A DNA stretch of 64,000 nucleotides, from positions 2,862,066-2,926,065 of the forward strand of contig OZ244847.1 in assembly GCA_965220765.1 (NCBI GenBank), read 5' to 3'. The position numbers and the translations under genes are program-made. Numbering within the stretch: position 1 is the stretch's first letter; each line of letters starts with the position of its first letter. Under the pieces are notes generated by a model that had not been told where the DNA came from, did not search any database, and saw nothing but the letters and a program-made list of their open reading frames with translations. Positions 18,770 through 28,688 of the stretch are shown piece after piece. This stretch comes from Candidatus Latescibacterota bacterium (lineage in GTDB: Bacteria > Latescibacterota > UBA2968).

Positions 18770-19423
18770 ATGGCACTAAAAGTTGAAAATCTTTCCAAAC
18801 ACTTTGGCGATGTAAATGTTCTGCAGGATATATCTTTTGAAATGGCAGCGGGGCAATCGCTGAGTGTTATGGGTCCTTCGGGGTCGGGGAAGAGTACCTT
18901 GTTGCATGTGCTGGGTACGCTGGACCGACCATCTGAGGGTAGTCTCGAAATAGAGGGGCAGGATCCCTTCGCATTATCTGAAAACGAACTCGCGCGGTTT
19001 AGAAATCAGGGTATTGGATTTGTGTTTCAAGAGCACCATCTTTTGCCGCAATACTCGGTTCTGGAAAATGTCTTGATCCCGACACTGGCATTTCGAGATG
19101 GCGATGCGCGAGACCGCGCCCGAGAGATTATTGATCGCGTGGGCTTGTCGCATCGCATTGATCACCGTCCCGCTGAATTATCTGGCGGCGAGCGACAGCG
19201 CACAGCTGTTGCGCGTGCGCTTATCAATTCCCCTGCATTGCTTTTGTGCGACGAACCAACGGGTAGCCTGGATGGGGCGCGAGCAGAGGAAATAGCCAAT
19301 TTGCTGTTTGAATTGCACGAGCGGGAAAATAATATCCTGATCTGTGCAACGCACAGTACGGCGCTTGCCCATCGCTTTGAGCGGCGGTTTGATTTGCAGG
19401 GGGGAACGTGCGTCGAAGTCTGA
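18770..19423 (+). CDS. ABC transporter ATP-binding protein (MacB/LolD-type)
   Basis: Walker A GPSGSGKST, signature LSGGERQR, Walker B LLLCDEPT. Start taken at MALKVENLSKHFG (18770). Confidence 0.9.
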   Translation: MALKVENLSKHFGDVNVLQDISFEMAAGQSLSVMGPSGSGKSTLLHVLGTLDRPSEGSLEIEGQDPFALSENELARFRNQGIGFVFQEHHLLPQYSVLENVLIPTLAFRDGDARDRAREIIDRVGLSHRIDHRPAELSGGERQRTAVARALINSPALLLCDEPTGSLDGARAEEIANLLFELHERENNILICATHSTALAHRFERRFDLQGGTCVEV

Positions 19424-22400
19424 TCTATTTCTGGCGAATTAATCTGGCTGTTATGCTCGGCGTGGCAGTGGCGACGGCTGTTCTGACGGGTGCTTTGATC
19501 GTGGGCGATTCCGTTCGGGGTAGCTTGAGAGATTTGTCGTTGAGTCGTCTGGGCAAAATTGACCACGCTCTGGTATCCGAGCGATTTTTCCGCGAGAGTT
19601 TGGAACGGGACCTCGAGCGTGAACTCGGCGCTCCGGATGTTGTATCGGCTATTAGCCTGAACGGAACAGCTGTTCAGGCGGAATCGAATACGCGGGCTTC
19701 CCGCGTTCAAATTCAGGGTATTGACAACCGCTTTGCAAATCTGTTTGATCAAATATTGCCCGAGTTGACGATCGGGGGAATATTCCCATCGGTTGTTGTC
19801 AATGAATCCCTCCAAAAAGAACTCAATGCACAGATTGGCGATGCCATTCTGCTGTCTTTCGAGCAATCAGATGATATTCACCGCGAATCGCTATTTGGAC
19901 GTGCTGATGATGCGGTTCAGACAATTCGACTGACGCTCGCAGGCGTGCTTCCCGATAGGGGAATGGGGCGCTTTGGCCTTTTCGCCCGCCAGAATGTTCC
20001 GCTCAATGCATATTTGTCGCTGCCGGTTTTGCAAAAAGCGTTGGGTCAAAGAGGTCGCGTGAATACATTGCTGGTGTCGGGTGATCCAGATGCAGAAGTT
20101 CAGGAAGCTCTTTCCCGCGTTGCAACGCCGGATGATCTCGGTATCGTCATCCGCCATGAAGCAGATTATTTCGCTATTGAGAGCACGCAGTTTATTCTCA
20201 AATCCCATATTGCGGAAACTATTCAACACATATCTACGGAATTAAACGCGTCCCACATGTCTATTCTCACCTATCTGGCGAATATCACACAGGTCGGGGA
20301 GAGAGAATTGCCCTATTCTACAATTTCTGCTTTAGATGTTGGGAATTTGGGGACCTTTCAGATTGTAGATGGATCACTACAACTCGGGGAAGATGGTATT
20401 TTGCTGAATACCTGGGCGGCTGAGGATTTGAACGCACGGGTTGGCGATGAAGTGAGAGTTGCCTATTACGAAGTCGCGCCTGGGGAAAAACTCCTGACCC
20501 GTTGGGCGACATTCCAACTCAAGGGTATTGTGGCAATGGCGGGATTGGGCGCAGATGAAAAGTTGTCTCCCGATTATCCGGGCCTGGGGGATGCAAATAA
20601 TATGGCAGATTGGGAAGCGCCTTTTCCCATAGACTTGAGCCGTGTTCGCCCGAAAGATGAAGATTATTGGGATACCTATCGCGACGCGCCAAAAGCCTTT
20701 GTGTCTGTCGCGACTGGGCAGAGATTGTGGCAAAGTCGATTTGGCGTATTAACCGCTATACGCATTGGGGCTATTGCGGGAGAAGATATCGAAACAACAG
20801 CGAAGCGATTTGAGGACCGCTTGCTGACAAATATTGCACCCGGATCGGTTGGCCTGACATTTCAGCCTGTCAAACAGCAGGGCCTGGCCGCTTCTGCGGG
20901 AGCGACGGACTTTAGCGGGCTGTTTATTGCATTCAGTCAATTCCTGATTATTTCCGCAGCTCTTCTGGTCGGATTATTATTTCGTCTGAGTGTGGAGCAG
21001 CGGGGTAGAGAAGTCGGGATGCGGATGGTATCGGGATATACGGGAAAAAAAATTCGCAGCCTCCTTAGCTGTGAGGGCTTTGTACTGGCCGGTGTGGGCG
21101 GCATCACAGGGCTGATAGGCGGTGTTTTCTATGCCTATCTGATTATGGTGGGATTGCGTACTTATTGGGTGGGCGCAGTTGGTACGTCTGATCTCTCGCT
21201 TCACATCCATGCATCGAGTCTGTTATTGGGCTATGCCATTTCACTCATCGTGATCCTGCTGGCAATCTGGCTCACGCTCCGCCGTTTGGGCACTATTTCT
21301 GTTCGCGCACTATTATCGGGTATTACGGAAGTGCTGCGCGCAAAGCCGCGTACAAAATGGTATGCCCAGGGCAGCCTCGTTTTCGCCGCGCTCAGTCTGG
21401 GGGGGGGTGCGACGGTGGATCCATCAACAGGTACAGGCTTATTTTTTCTTAGTGGCGCGCTGTGGATGGTTTCGGGGTTGTGCTTTCTATCACTCTGGTT
21501 TAGACGCGGGCATCGCGCCATAAGAGAGGGTATTATTGGGATGGGGGTGCAAAATAGCAAACGGCAGCCCGCGCGAAGTTTGTTGTGTGCCTCACTCATC
21601 GGATGTGCGTGTTTTGTCATTGTTGCAGTAGGCGCGAATAGGCGAACTGATTTGACTCAAAATATCGCTCAGGACAAAGCCTCTGGCACGGGGGGCTTTG
21701 CCCTCATCGCCGATGTTGATGTGCCGATTTATCGGGATTTCAATTCAAAAGAAGGGCAATTTGAACTCGGATTTTCGCAGGCAGATACAGAACTCTTAAA
21801 TCAGGCGCGGTTTATCCCGCTACGCGTTTTGCCGGGTGAAGATGCGAGTTGCCTCAATCTTTACAAGCCCGAAAGTCCGCGCGTTTTGGGTGTTCCCGAA
21901 GCTCTGCGTCAGCGAGGTGGTTTTACATTTCAGCAAATGAGTACTGAAGTGGAAAATCCCTGGACTCTATTATCCGAGGATTTGGGTGCAGATGTGATTC
22001 CGGCAATTGGGGATTACAATTCGGCTATGTGGATCTTGCACAAGCAATTGGGCGATGATATTGTGTTGCAGAATGAAATAGGGGAGATTGTCAGGCTGAG
22101 ATTGGTGGGCTTGTTAAAGACGAGTATTTTTCAAAGTGAGTTGCTGATTTCCGAAGACAATTTTTTGCGGCACTTTCCCGATCAGAGTGGATATGGTGCT
22201 TTTCTCGTTGAAACGCAACAACCCGTTCAGCTTACTGCACTTTTGGAAAACCGATTAAAAGATATCGGGTTAGACGCCGTATCCACAACGCAAAAGCTCG
22301 CGCATTTTCAGGAGGTCGAAAATACGTATCTCTCCACCTTTCAAACACTGGGGGGATTGGGCCTGCTGTTGGGTACGCTCGGATTGGGGATCGTCCTGTT

Positions 22401-22707
22401 GAGAAATGTTATTGAAAGACGCGGTGAATTGGCGGTTCTTCGCGCCTTTGGATTTCGCCGCGCAGTGCTGTCGCGCATGTTGCTCGCGGAGAATGGTTTT
22501 TTAATGTTTGTGGGCCTGGCTATCGGCAGCGTCTCCGCGCTTATTGCCGTAGCCCCCCATGTCATGAGTTATGGTGCGTTAATCCCCTGGGGATCGCTGG
22601 CTCTCACGCTTGTCATTATATACGGTGCGGGCCTTATCGCAAGCGCGATAGCCGTTTTCTATGCCCTGCGAGCACCTTTATTGCCAGCGTTGAAACAGGA
22701 GATATGA
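19408..22707 (+). CDS. ABC transporter permease with two FtsX-type domains (MacB/LolCE-like, fused)
   Basis: 1099 aa with two TM bundles separated by large extracytoplasmic regions. FtsX-like C-terminal modules lie around aa 560-700 and 980-1099. The GTG start overlaps the ATPase stop by 16 nt. Confidence 0.85.
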   Translation: MRRSLIYFWRINLAVMLGVAVATAVLTGALIVGDSVRGSLRDLSLSRLGKIDHALVSERFFRESLERDLERELGAPDVVSAISLNGTAVQAESNTRASRVQIQGIDNRFANLFDQILPELTIGGIFPSVVVNESLQKELNAQIGDAILLSFEQSDDIHRESLFGRADDAVQTIRLTLAGVLPDRGMGRFGLFARQNVPLNAYLSLPVLQKALGQRGRVNTLLVSGDPDAEVQEALSRVATPDDLGIVIRHEADYFAIESTQFILKSHIAETIQHISTELNASHMSILTYLANITQVGERELPYSTISALDVGNLGTFQIVDGSLQLGEDGILLNTWAAEDLNARVGDEVRVAYYEVAPGEKLLTRWATFQLKGIVAMAGLGADEKLSPDYPGLGDANNMADWEAPFPIDLSRVRPKDEDYWDTYRDAPKAFVSVATGQRLWQSRFGVLTAIRIGAIAGEDIETTAKRFEDRLLTNIAPGSVGLTFQPVKQQGLAASAGATDFSGLFIAFSQFLIISAALLVGLLFRLSVEQRGREVGMRMVSGYTGKKIRSLLSCEGFVLAGVGGITGLIGGVFYAYLIMVGLRTYWVGAVGTSDLSLHIHASSLLLGYAISLIVILLAIWLTLRRLGTISVRALLSGITEVLRAKPRTKWYAQGSLVFAALSLGGGATVDPSTGTGLFFLSGALWMVSGLCFLSLWFRRGHRAIREGIIGMGVQNSKRQPARSLLCASLIGCACFVIVAVGANRRTDLTQNIAQDKASGTGGFALIADVDVPIYRDFNSKEGQFELGFSQADTELLNQARFIPLRVLPGEDASCLNLYKPESPRVLGVPEALRQRGGFTFQQMSTEVENPWTLLSEDLGADVIPAIGDYNSAMWILHKQLGDDIVLQNEIGEIVRLRLVGLLKTSIFQSELLISEDNFLRHFPDQSGYGAFLVETQQPVQLTALLENRLKDIGLDAVSTTQKLAHFQEVENTYLSTFQTLGGLGLLLGTLGLGIVLLRNVIERRGELAVLRAFGFRRAVLSRMLLAENGFLMFVGLAIGSVSALIAVAPHVMSYGALIPWGSLALTLVIIYGAGLIASAIAVFYALRAPLLPALKQEI

Positions 22708-22713
22708 GGCGCG

Positions 22714-24249
22714 TTAATTTATCTTTTTGAGTGCGAGTTCATAACACGCCGCTTCCCGATCATTTCGCACGAGGAGATAAGGCGCGGCAAGTGTGGGAGC
22801 GTTCCATGTGTGGCTGCTTAGAGCGGGGAAGCGCGCGCGTTCATTGTGTTCATCTGGCGAGGCATCGACGAGGACGACATCGCCCGATTCGGTTTGGATG
22901 AGCAAGAGATCATCTACCAGAATGAGTTGCCCGTGGCCATAGCGCCCTCGTTTCCATTTTCGCTGTCCGTCTGCGAGATCCAAACATACGAGGACGCCGT
23001 CGTCCAGTCCGTAAATATATCCGTCTTTATAGACCATATTGGCAAATTTGGCTTTGAGACGAGGGCTTTTCCATATCCGTTCGGCAGTAAATTCATCCTG
23101 GCTATTTTTCGCAATTTGAATCAATTCACTGCCAATGCCATAACCTGTTGATACAAAGACGCGGTCTCCAGACAGTGGGATGGGTTGGGCAACGTGTTGC
23201 GTTATCCCGCCATACCAGGGATATTCCCATAGCAACTTGCCGGAAATTGGATCGTGACCCGCGACTTGCCCCCTGTTAAAGATGAGTACTTGATCCATTC
23301 CCGCTATGGCGGTTAAACTCGGCGAGCTGTGACCCGCTCTTGCAGGACCACTTCCCCAAATAATATCACCGGTTTCGCGGTGGTATGCCATCAGCGATTG
23401 TTCGTGTTGTCCGCCCGGACTTACGATCACTTTGTCGTCTAAAACGAGGGGTGAACCACTCATGCCCCATTCTTTAACGCGTGCGTCGGTTTCTTTCACG
23501 GTATCGCGCGACCAGATTTCTCGACCGGTTTCCAAATCGAGACAGGTGAGAATGCCGGTTGCGCCAAAAGAATAAACGCGGTTGCCCGATATGGTGGGCG
23601 TGGCTCGCGGACCAATTCCGGCAATCGCGGTTTCATATCGCGCACGCATGCTGTGACGCCATTTCTTTTTTCCGGTCAAGAGATCGTAACAAACCACGGT
23701 TTCGTCTTCGCCTTTTTGCTCTTGAGTCACGGCGGAGTGCCCGACAACGGCAAAGGCGGAATAGGCTTCACCAACGGGTACGCGCCAGAGTAATTTGGGG
23801 GGATTTTGAACCCAATCGGACTCCAGTTTTATTCCATTGAGTATGGCGTTGCGGTGTGGACCCAAAAATTGAGGATAGTCTATGCCGGGACCATCTGAAG
23901 ACTGTCCCGCCACGGATATGGATGTAACAGAAGACCAGCGCCACTCTATCTTGGGAGCCAAATCGCCTGTAAAACCGCGGATTTGAAATAATGAAACTGT
24001 CAGGACGGTCAGGAGTATAAGAATACTTAGACCCCGCAGGCGGATTTTTCGACTCGCTCGGGAAAAAGCAAAGAACCAGAGACAGAGCAAAAGTGAGCCG
24101 ATTGAGCCGACCAGTATTGTCGGCATAACCTGCATCTGGCGGTTTGGTCTTTCGGGAATCCATATTACCGATAATACAATGAGGATCAAGGCGGCGATAG
24201 CAATAGCGGGCCACCATCGAATGGATTTGGGATAAAGAGGTGCAGGCAT
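22714..24249 (-). CDS. Membrane-anchored PQQ-like beta-propeller repeat protein
   Basis: Three N-terminal TM segments (WWPAIAIAALILIVLSVIW, ILVGSIGSLLLCLWFFAF, LSILILLTVLTVSLF) are followed by DYPQFLGPHRN and propeller blades. Confidence 0.85.
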   Translation of the reverse strand: MPAPLYPKSIRWWPAIAIAALILIVLSVIWIPERPNRQMQVMPTILVGSIGSLLLCLWFFAFSRASRKIRLRGLSILILLTVLTVSLFQIRGFTGDLAPKIEWRWSSVTSISVAGQSSDGPGIDYPQFLGPHRNAILNGIKLESDWVQNPPKLLWRVPVGEAYSAFAVVGHSAVTQEQKGEDETVVCYDLLTGKKKWRHSMRARYETAIAGIGPRATPTISGNRVYSFGATGILTCLDLETGREIWSRDTVKETDARVKEWGMSGSPLVLDDKVIVSPGGQHEQSLMAYHRETGDIIWGSGPARAGHSSPSLTAIAGMDQVLIFNRGQVAGHDPISGKLLWEYPWYGGITQHVAQPIPLSGDRVFVSTGYGIGSELIQIAKNSQDEFTAERIWKSPRLKAKFANMVYKDGYIYGLDDGVLVCLDLADGQRKWKRGRYGHGQLILVDDLLLIQTESGDVVLVDASPDEHNERARFPALSSHTWNAPTLAAPYLLVRNDREAACYELALKKIN

Positions 24250-24321
24250 AAAATTCCTTTTTTAAGTGGTCAGTAGTCGGTTCATCAACCTCTATCCCCA
24301 ACGTAAACAAAAAAGAAAGGT

Positions 24322-24350
24322 TTGACAACCCTTCATTAAACGGATATTTT
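24322..24350 (+). promoter_or_regulatory. Candidate sigma70-type promoter for the propeller gene at 24396
   Basis: TTGACA (24322-24327), a 17-nt spacer, then TATTTT (24345-24350), in a divergent intergenic region. Pattern match only. Confidence 0.3.
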
Positions 24351-24395
24351 GAATCTCTGAATTGCAAAATATCACATTATAGAAAGGAGTTTGAG

Positions 24396-25706
24396 ATGAA
24401 GAAATGGCTTTTGATTTTGATGGGGTTCTGTTTGATTCCAATTCTGGTTCAGGCAAAACACCATGCGGCGAAGGAGACGCAAAACTGGCCCCACCTGCGG
24501 GGGCCGAATGCAAATGGACTCGTGGATATGGGCAATCCTCCCGTGGAGTGGAGCGAAGATACCAATATCCGCTGGAAAGTAAAAATTCCGGGTACGGGTC
24601 ACGCGACGCCTATTGTATGGGGCGATAAAATTTTTGTCCAGACAGCGGTTAAGACCGACAAAACCGTAGAAGTCGCCCAGACAGGCAGGAAGCAGTTGCC
24701 TACTCATATCTATAATTTTATGTTGCTTGCACTGGATCGCAAAAGTGGCAATGTGGTGTGGGAAAAGACCGTGCGCGAGGCACTGCCCCACGAAGGCACT
24801 CATAAAACGGCTAATTATGCCGGCACATCGGGTGTTACGGATGGCGAGCACCTGTACGCATTTTACGGTTCATGGGGCTTGTATTGTTTTGATTTAGACG
24901 GCAATTTGAAATGGGATAAGGACTTTGGCGATATGAGAGTTGCAGGCTCTTTTGGAGAAGGCTCATCGCCGACGATTCACGGCAATACCCTGATTATCAA
25001 CTGGGATCACCAGGGCGATTCATTTATTGTCGCGCTGGACAAACGCACGGGTGAGGAAATCTGGCGCACGGCGCGACGGGAAAGAACGACGTGGACCACG
25101 CCGATCGTCGTCGAACACAAGGGCACGCAACAGATTATTGTGGGCGCGAGCGGAAAGACCCGCAGTTACGATCTCAAAACTGGCGACGTTTTATGGGAAT
25201 GCGCGGGACTGGGGTCAAATGTCATTCCCACCGCCCTCTATGCCGATGGCATTGTCTATGTTACAAGCGGCCATAGAGACCCGGCGATGCAGGCGATTTC
25301 ACTCGACAAAGCCAAAGGCGATATCACGGGTACAGATGCCGTGCTTTGGACGGTTGCTGGTGATACCCCTTATGTTTCCTCGCCCCTTCTTTCCGGGGAC
25401 AATATCTACTGCATGAAAAGTACCAGAAACATCTTGTCCTGTTTCAACGCCAAAACAGGCGAAACAGTTTTCGGTCCCGTTCGACTCCAGGGCATAAATC
25501 GCATATATGCCCCACTGGTTGGCACAGGTGACCGCATTTACATCGCAGGGCTGGCGGGCACGACATATGTGATCAAGAACGGCAGCGAATTTGAAGTGCT
25601 CGCGCAAAACAGACTCGACGAGGGCACGGGTGCATCTCCCATTATCGCGGGCGATGAGTTGTATTTGCGCGGCAGTGAACACCTGTATTGTATTGCGGCA
25701 AATTGA
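24396..25706 (+). CDS. Exported PQQ-like beta-propeller repeat protein
   Basis: AAAGGAG lies upstream of the ATG. Signal peptide MKKWLLILMGFCLIPILVQA is followed by NWPHLRGPNANG and blade repeats (IFVQTA, LYAFYGSWGLYCFDLDGNLKW, VYVTSGH, IYIAGLAGTTYVI, LYLRGSEHLYCI). Confidence 0.85.
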   Translation: MKKWLLILMGFCLIPILVQAKHHAAKETQNWPHLRGPNANGLVDMGNPPVEWSEDTNIRWKVKIPGTGHATPIVWGDKIFVQTAVKTDKTVEVAQTGRKQLPTHIYNFMLLALDRKSGNVVWEKTVREALPHEGTHKTANYAGTSGVTDGEHLYAFYGSWGLYCFDLDGNLKWDKDFGDMRVAGSFGEGSSPTIHGNTLIINWDHQGDSFIVALDKRTGEEIWRTARRERTTWTTPIVVEHKGTQQIIVGASGKTRSYDLKTGDVLWECAGLGSNVIPTALYADGIVYVTSGHRDPAMQAISLDKAKGDITGTDAVLWTVAGDTPYVSSPLLSGDNIYCMKSTRNILSCFNAKTGETVFGPVRLQGINRIYAPLVGTGDRIYIAGLAGTTYVIKNGSEFEVLAQNRLDEGTGASPIIAGDELYLRGSEHLYCIAAN

Positions 25707-25760
25707 TCGCGGATTAAAGGGATGGCGCGGATTTCACGGATTAAATCTGCGCCATCGTTA
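25704..25760. repeat. Intergenic CGGATT-type repeat element (copy A)
   Basis: GATCGCGGATTAAAGGGATGGCGCGGATTTCACGGATTAAATCTGCGCC contains three (G/A)CGGATT units. It shares GATCGCGGATT, GCGCGGATT and ACGGATTA words with 50321-50368. Confidence 0.5.
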
Positions 25761-25766
25761 TTTCGG
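25721..25766 (+). terminator. Possible intrinsic terminator after the propeller gene
   Basis: An 11-bp stem, GATGGCGCGGA (25721-25731) with TCTGCGCCATC (25746-25756, one G-U pair), has a 14-nt loop and a weak T-tail GTTATTTC. Confidence 0.35.
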
Positions 25767-25846
25767 GCGCACAGCGATTGAATCTGGATGCTATCAAAAA
25801 TTGCAATAGTTGAAGTGTCCGATTTGTAAACTTTGAAAGGATAACT

Positions 25847-26797
25847 ATGCAGTACAAAGCGTTACTCATCTTCGCAGTAGCTCTGTTCATCGGCTGCGGC
25901 GCGCCTCAGGATCGAGAGAATAAATTTCTCAGCGTGGGCACAGCGCCGCCCGGTGGTGCGTTTTTTGTCGTGGGGGGGGCGATTGCTCAGGTTGTCAACG
26001 ATCACATGCCCTGGGAGGTGTCTGCCGAGGCCACCAAGGGGACGCAGGAAAATATTCGCCGCCTTTCGAGCGGGGAACTGGATTTTGCGCTGGCCAATGC
26101 TGCTATCTCCTATTTTGCAGTGCGCGGAGAAGGCGCGTGGGGAGAGAAACAGAATATCAATGCAGTTATGACATTGGCGCCGAATGTCGCGCTTTTTATT
26201 GCGCCACAAAGCGCAGATGTCAATGGTTTGAGCGACCTTAAAGGCAAGCGCGTTGTCGTTGGGCCAGCGGGTGCAGGATTTGAGTATTTCTTAAAACCCA
26301 TCCTGAATGCGCATGGCGTTACCTATGACGATTTCACACCGCTTTACAATACGCAGGCGGGAACGGTTGACATGCTCGCCGACGGATCGGCTGCGGCGGC
26401 TTTTTTAGGGGGCGCAGTGCCCACGGCCTCGATCACTCAGGCCAGCGCGTCTCAGGATATTTATTTTATTCCCTACGATGAAGCGGCCAAACAAAGCCTT
26501 TTTGAGACCTATCCTTTCTTTTTTGCCGCAACGATTCCCGCAGATACGTACCGGGGACAAGCAGAAGATTTTGCCGGGATGAATGTCGGTTCTATGCATC
26601 TCGTCACGCGGGCGAGTTTGAGCGAAGATATGGTTTACAATTTTACCAAAACGCTCTATGAACGCCGTGAGGAAGTCGTAAAAAAACACCCGGCGGGCAG
26701 GGCGATAAATCCCAGGAATATCGTTCGGGACACGGGTACGCCTTTTCATCCGGGGGCGATAAAATACTTCAAAGAAATTGGTATCTGGAACGAATAG
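25847..26797 (+). CDS. TAXI-family TRAP transporter solute-binding protein (lipoprotein)
   Basis: Lipobox ALFIGCG. The TAXI hallmark GTAPPGGAFFVVGGAIAQVVN is present, together with a C-terminal PFHPGAIKYFKE motif. Confidence 0.9.
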   Translation: MQYKALLIFAVALFIGCGAPQDRENKFLSVGTAPPGGAFFVVGGAIAQVVNDHMPWEVSAEATKGTQENIRRLSSGELDFALANAAISYFAVRGEGAWGEKQNINAVMTLAPNVALFIAPQSADVNGLSDLKGKRVVVGPAGAGFEYFLKPILNAHGVTYDDFTPLYNTQAGTVDMLADGSAAAAFLGGAVPTASITQASASQDIYFIPYDEAAKQSLFETYPFFFAATIPADTYRGQAEDFAGMNVGSMHLVTRASLSEDMVYNFTKTLYERREEVVKKHPAGRAINPRNIVRDTGTPFHPGAIKYFKEIGIWNE

Positions 26798-26801
26798 ACG
26801 C

Positions 26802-28688
26802 ATGACGCGCCTCCATTCCCACCTGTTTCGCATTCTCTCTATCCTTCTCGGTCTTTTTATTCTGGTTGAAGTCAATTATCCGCAACTCGCACCACAAGCC
26901 CAGCTTTCGGTTTTTGCCCTGCTGGGCTTGTGTCTTGTGTTTCTAAAATATCCGATCCATTCTAATAAATCCCTCCAGATCCTCGATCTCTTTTTTTTCC
27001 TGGCTGTTGTTTTCTGTTTTGGTTATGTCCTGACCCAAACTGAATCCTTCTTTCAATTTTCCTGGCTCAATGGTCAATCCCTGGGCAATCGCGCGGGACT
27101 CGAACACACGCTCGACCACGTTGTTGGTCTCATTGGGCTTATCCTGGTCCTCGAAGCCACCCGTCGCGCTATTGGTTTCACCCTGCCCTTGCTCGCACTC
27201 GCTTTTCTGATTTATGCAGCTTATGGATATATCCTGCCCGATTGGCTCTTTCCCCACCGCGGATATAACTGGGAGCGCATTGTATCCCAGACCTATCTCC
27301 ACTCTCAGGGCGTTTTTGGCATCGCGTTGAAAGTGATGTTTACCTACGTTTTTCTTTTTGTACTTTTTGGCACTGTACTCGAAGAGACTGGCGCTACGGG
27401 ATATATTTTGAACACGGCTCGCCGCATTTTTCGCAATAGCACCGGAGGACCAGCCAAAGTGGCTGTTATTTCTTCGGGTATGATGGGGTCACTTTCGGGC
27501 AGTGCCGTGGCCAATACGGCGACTACTGGCACGTTTACCATTCCGCTGATGCGCTCAACGGGTTTTCGTCCAACGGTTGCTGGTGGTATTGAAGCCGCAG
27601 CGAGTTCGGGGGGGGCGCTCGTTCCGCCGATTATGGGGGCGGGTGCGTACATGATGCTCGAAATTGTCGAACCGGCTGTCACGTATTTGGAGATTATCAA
27701 AGCCGCTCTGATCCCGGCGATCCTCTATTACGCGGCTCTTTTGCTGATTGTCCATTTTCACGCCAAACGCATTGGTGCGTCTGCAGGCGATGGAGATGTT
27801 CAGGAACGTCCTCCCAGACCCCGGGGCCTGGTGTTTCTCGTCGCTTTTATCACACTTATTGTATTTCTCATTTTGGGATACACGCCTTTTCGCGCCGTGA
27901 GTATCGCTCTGCTTTTTGTCCTCATTGTTGGTGCGTTTAGCCCCACAACGCGCGTTGCCCCCCGCGCTATGACCCGAGCATTGGAAAAGGCCGCACACGG
28001 CGGTGTCTCGCTTATTGCAGCAGCTTCATGTGTGGGCATCATTATCGGTGTTGTGACGCTTACGGGTATTGGCACAAAACTTCCGAGTACTTTGTTGCCA
28101 CTGGCGCAAAATAATATCATCCTGGCTTTGATTCTCCTGATGATCTCCACCATTATTCTGGGGATGGGTTTGCCTTCGGCTGTGTGTTATCTGCTTATGG
28201 CGACTCTGGTAGGACCCGTTCTGAGCGATCTCGGTATTGTGCCACTGAGCGCACATCTGTTTATTTTTTATTTTGGCATGATGTCTATGGTTACGCCTCC
28301 AGTCGCGCTGGCTGCTTACACGGCTGCCGCTATTGCAAAGGCGAGTATTATGCAAACTGGTGTTACGGCTTTCCGCTTTGCGCTGGTGGGCTTTGCTTTG
28401 CCCTATGCCTTTGTTCTGCATCCAGAAATTTTGCTTTTGTCTTCTGATTTTACTGCTATAATCGCCAATATCCTCGTTGTCCTGCTTGGTATTTTACCCC
28501 TATCAGCCGCTGCGGCGGGGCATGCTTTTGCCCCTTTGCCCACGTATCAGCGCGGCCTTTTAATCGCCGCAGCCCTTCTCTTATTCCTCACGCCATCGGG
28601 GGATGCCCGCCTTTATTTGCAGGTTATCGCACTGCTCATTGCCAGTGTTATCGCGATCTCAAACTATCGGTCTGCTCATCAGGATTGA
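26802..28688 (+). CDS. TRAP transporter fused permease (TAXI-type, DctQM-like fusion)
   Basis: About 628 aa and highly hydrophobic with many TM segments. It lies directly downstream of the TAXI receptor gene. ATG at 26802 is preferred over the listed TTG at 26778. Confidence 0.9.
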   Translation: MTRLHSHLFRILSILLGLFILVEVNYPQLAPQAQLSVFALLGLCLVFLKYPIHSNKSLQILDLFFFLAVVFCFGYVLTQTESFFQFSWLNGQSLGNRAGLEHTLDHVVGLIGLILVLEATRRAIGFTLPLLALAFLIYAAYGYILPDWLFPHRGYNWERIVSQTYLHSQGVFGIALKVMFTYVFLFVLFGTVLEETGATGYILNTARRIFRNSTGGPAKVAVISSGMMGSLSGSAVANTATTGTFTIPLMRSTGFRPTVAGGIEAAASSGGALVPPIMGAGAYMMLEIVEPAVTYLEIIKAALIPAILYYAALLLIVHFHAKRIGASAGDGDVQERPPRPRGLVFLVAFITLIVFLILGYTPFRAVSIALLFVLIVGAFSPTTRVAPRAMTRALEKAAHGGVSLIAAASCVGIIIGVVTLTGIGTKLPSTLLPLAQNNIILALILLMISTIILGMGLPSAVCYLLMATLVGPVLSDLGIVPLSAHLFIFYFGMMSMVTPPVALAAYTAAAIAKASIMQTGVTAFRFALVGFALPYAFVLHPEILLLSSDFTAIIANILVVLLGILPLSAAAAGHAFAPLPTYQRGLLIAAALLLFLTPSGDARLYLQVIALLIASVIAISNYRSAHQD

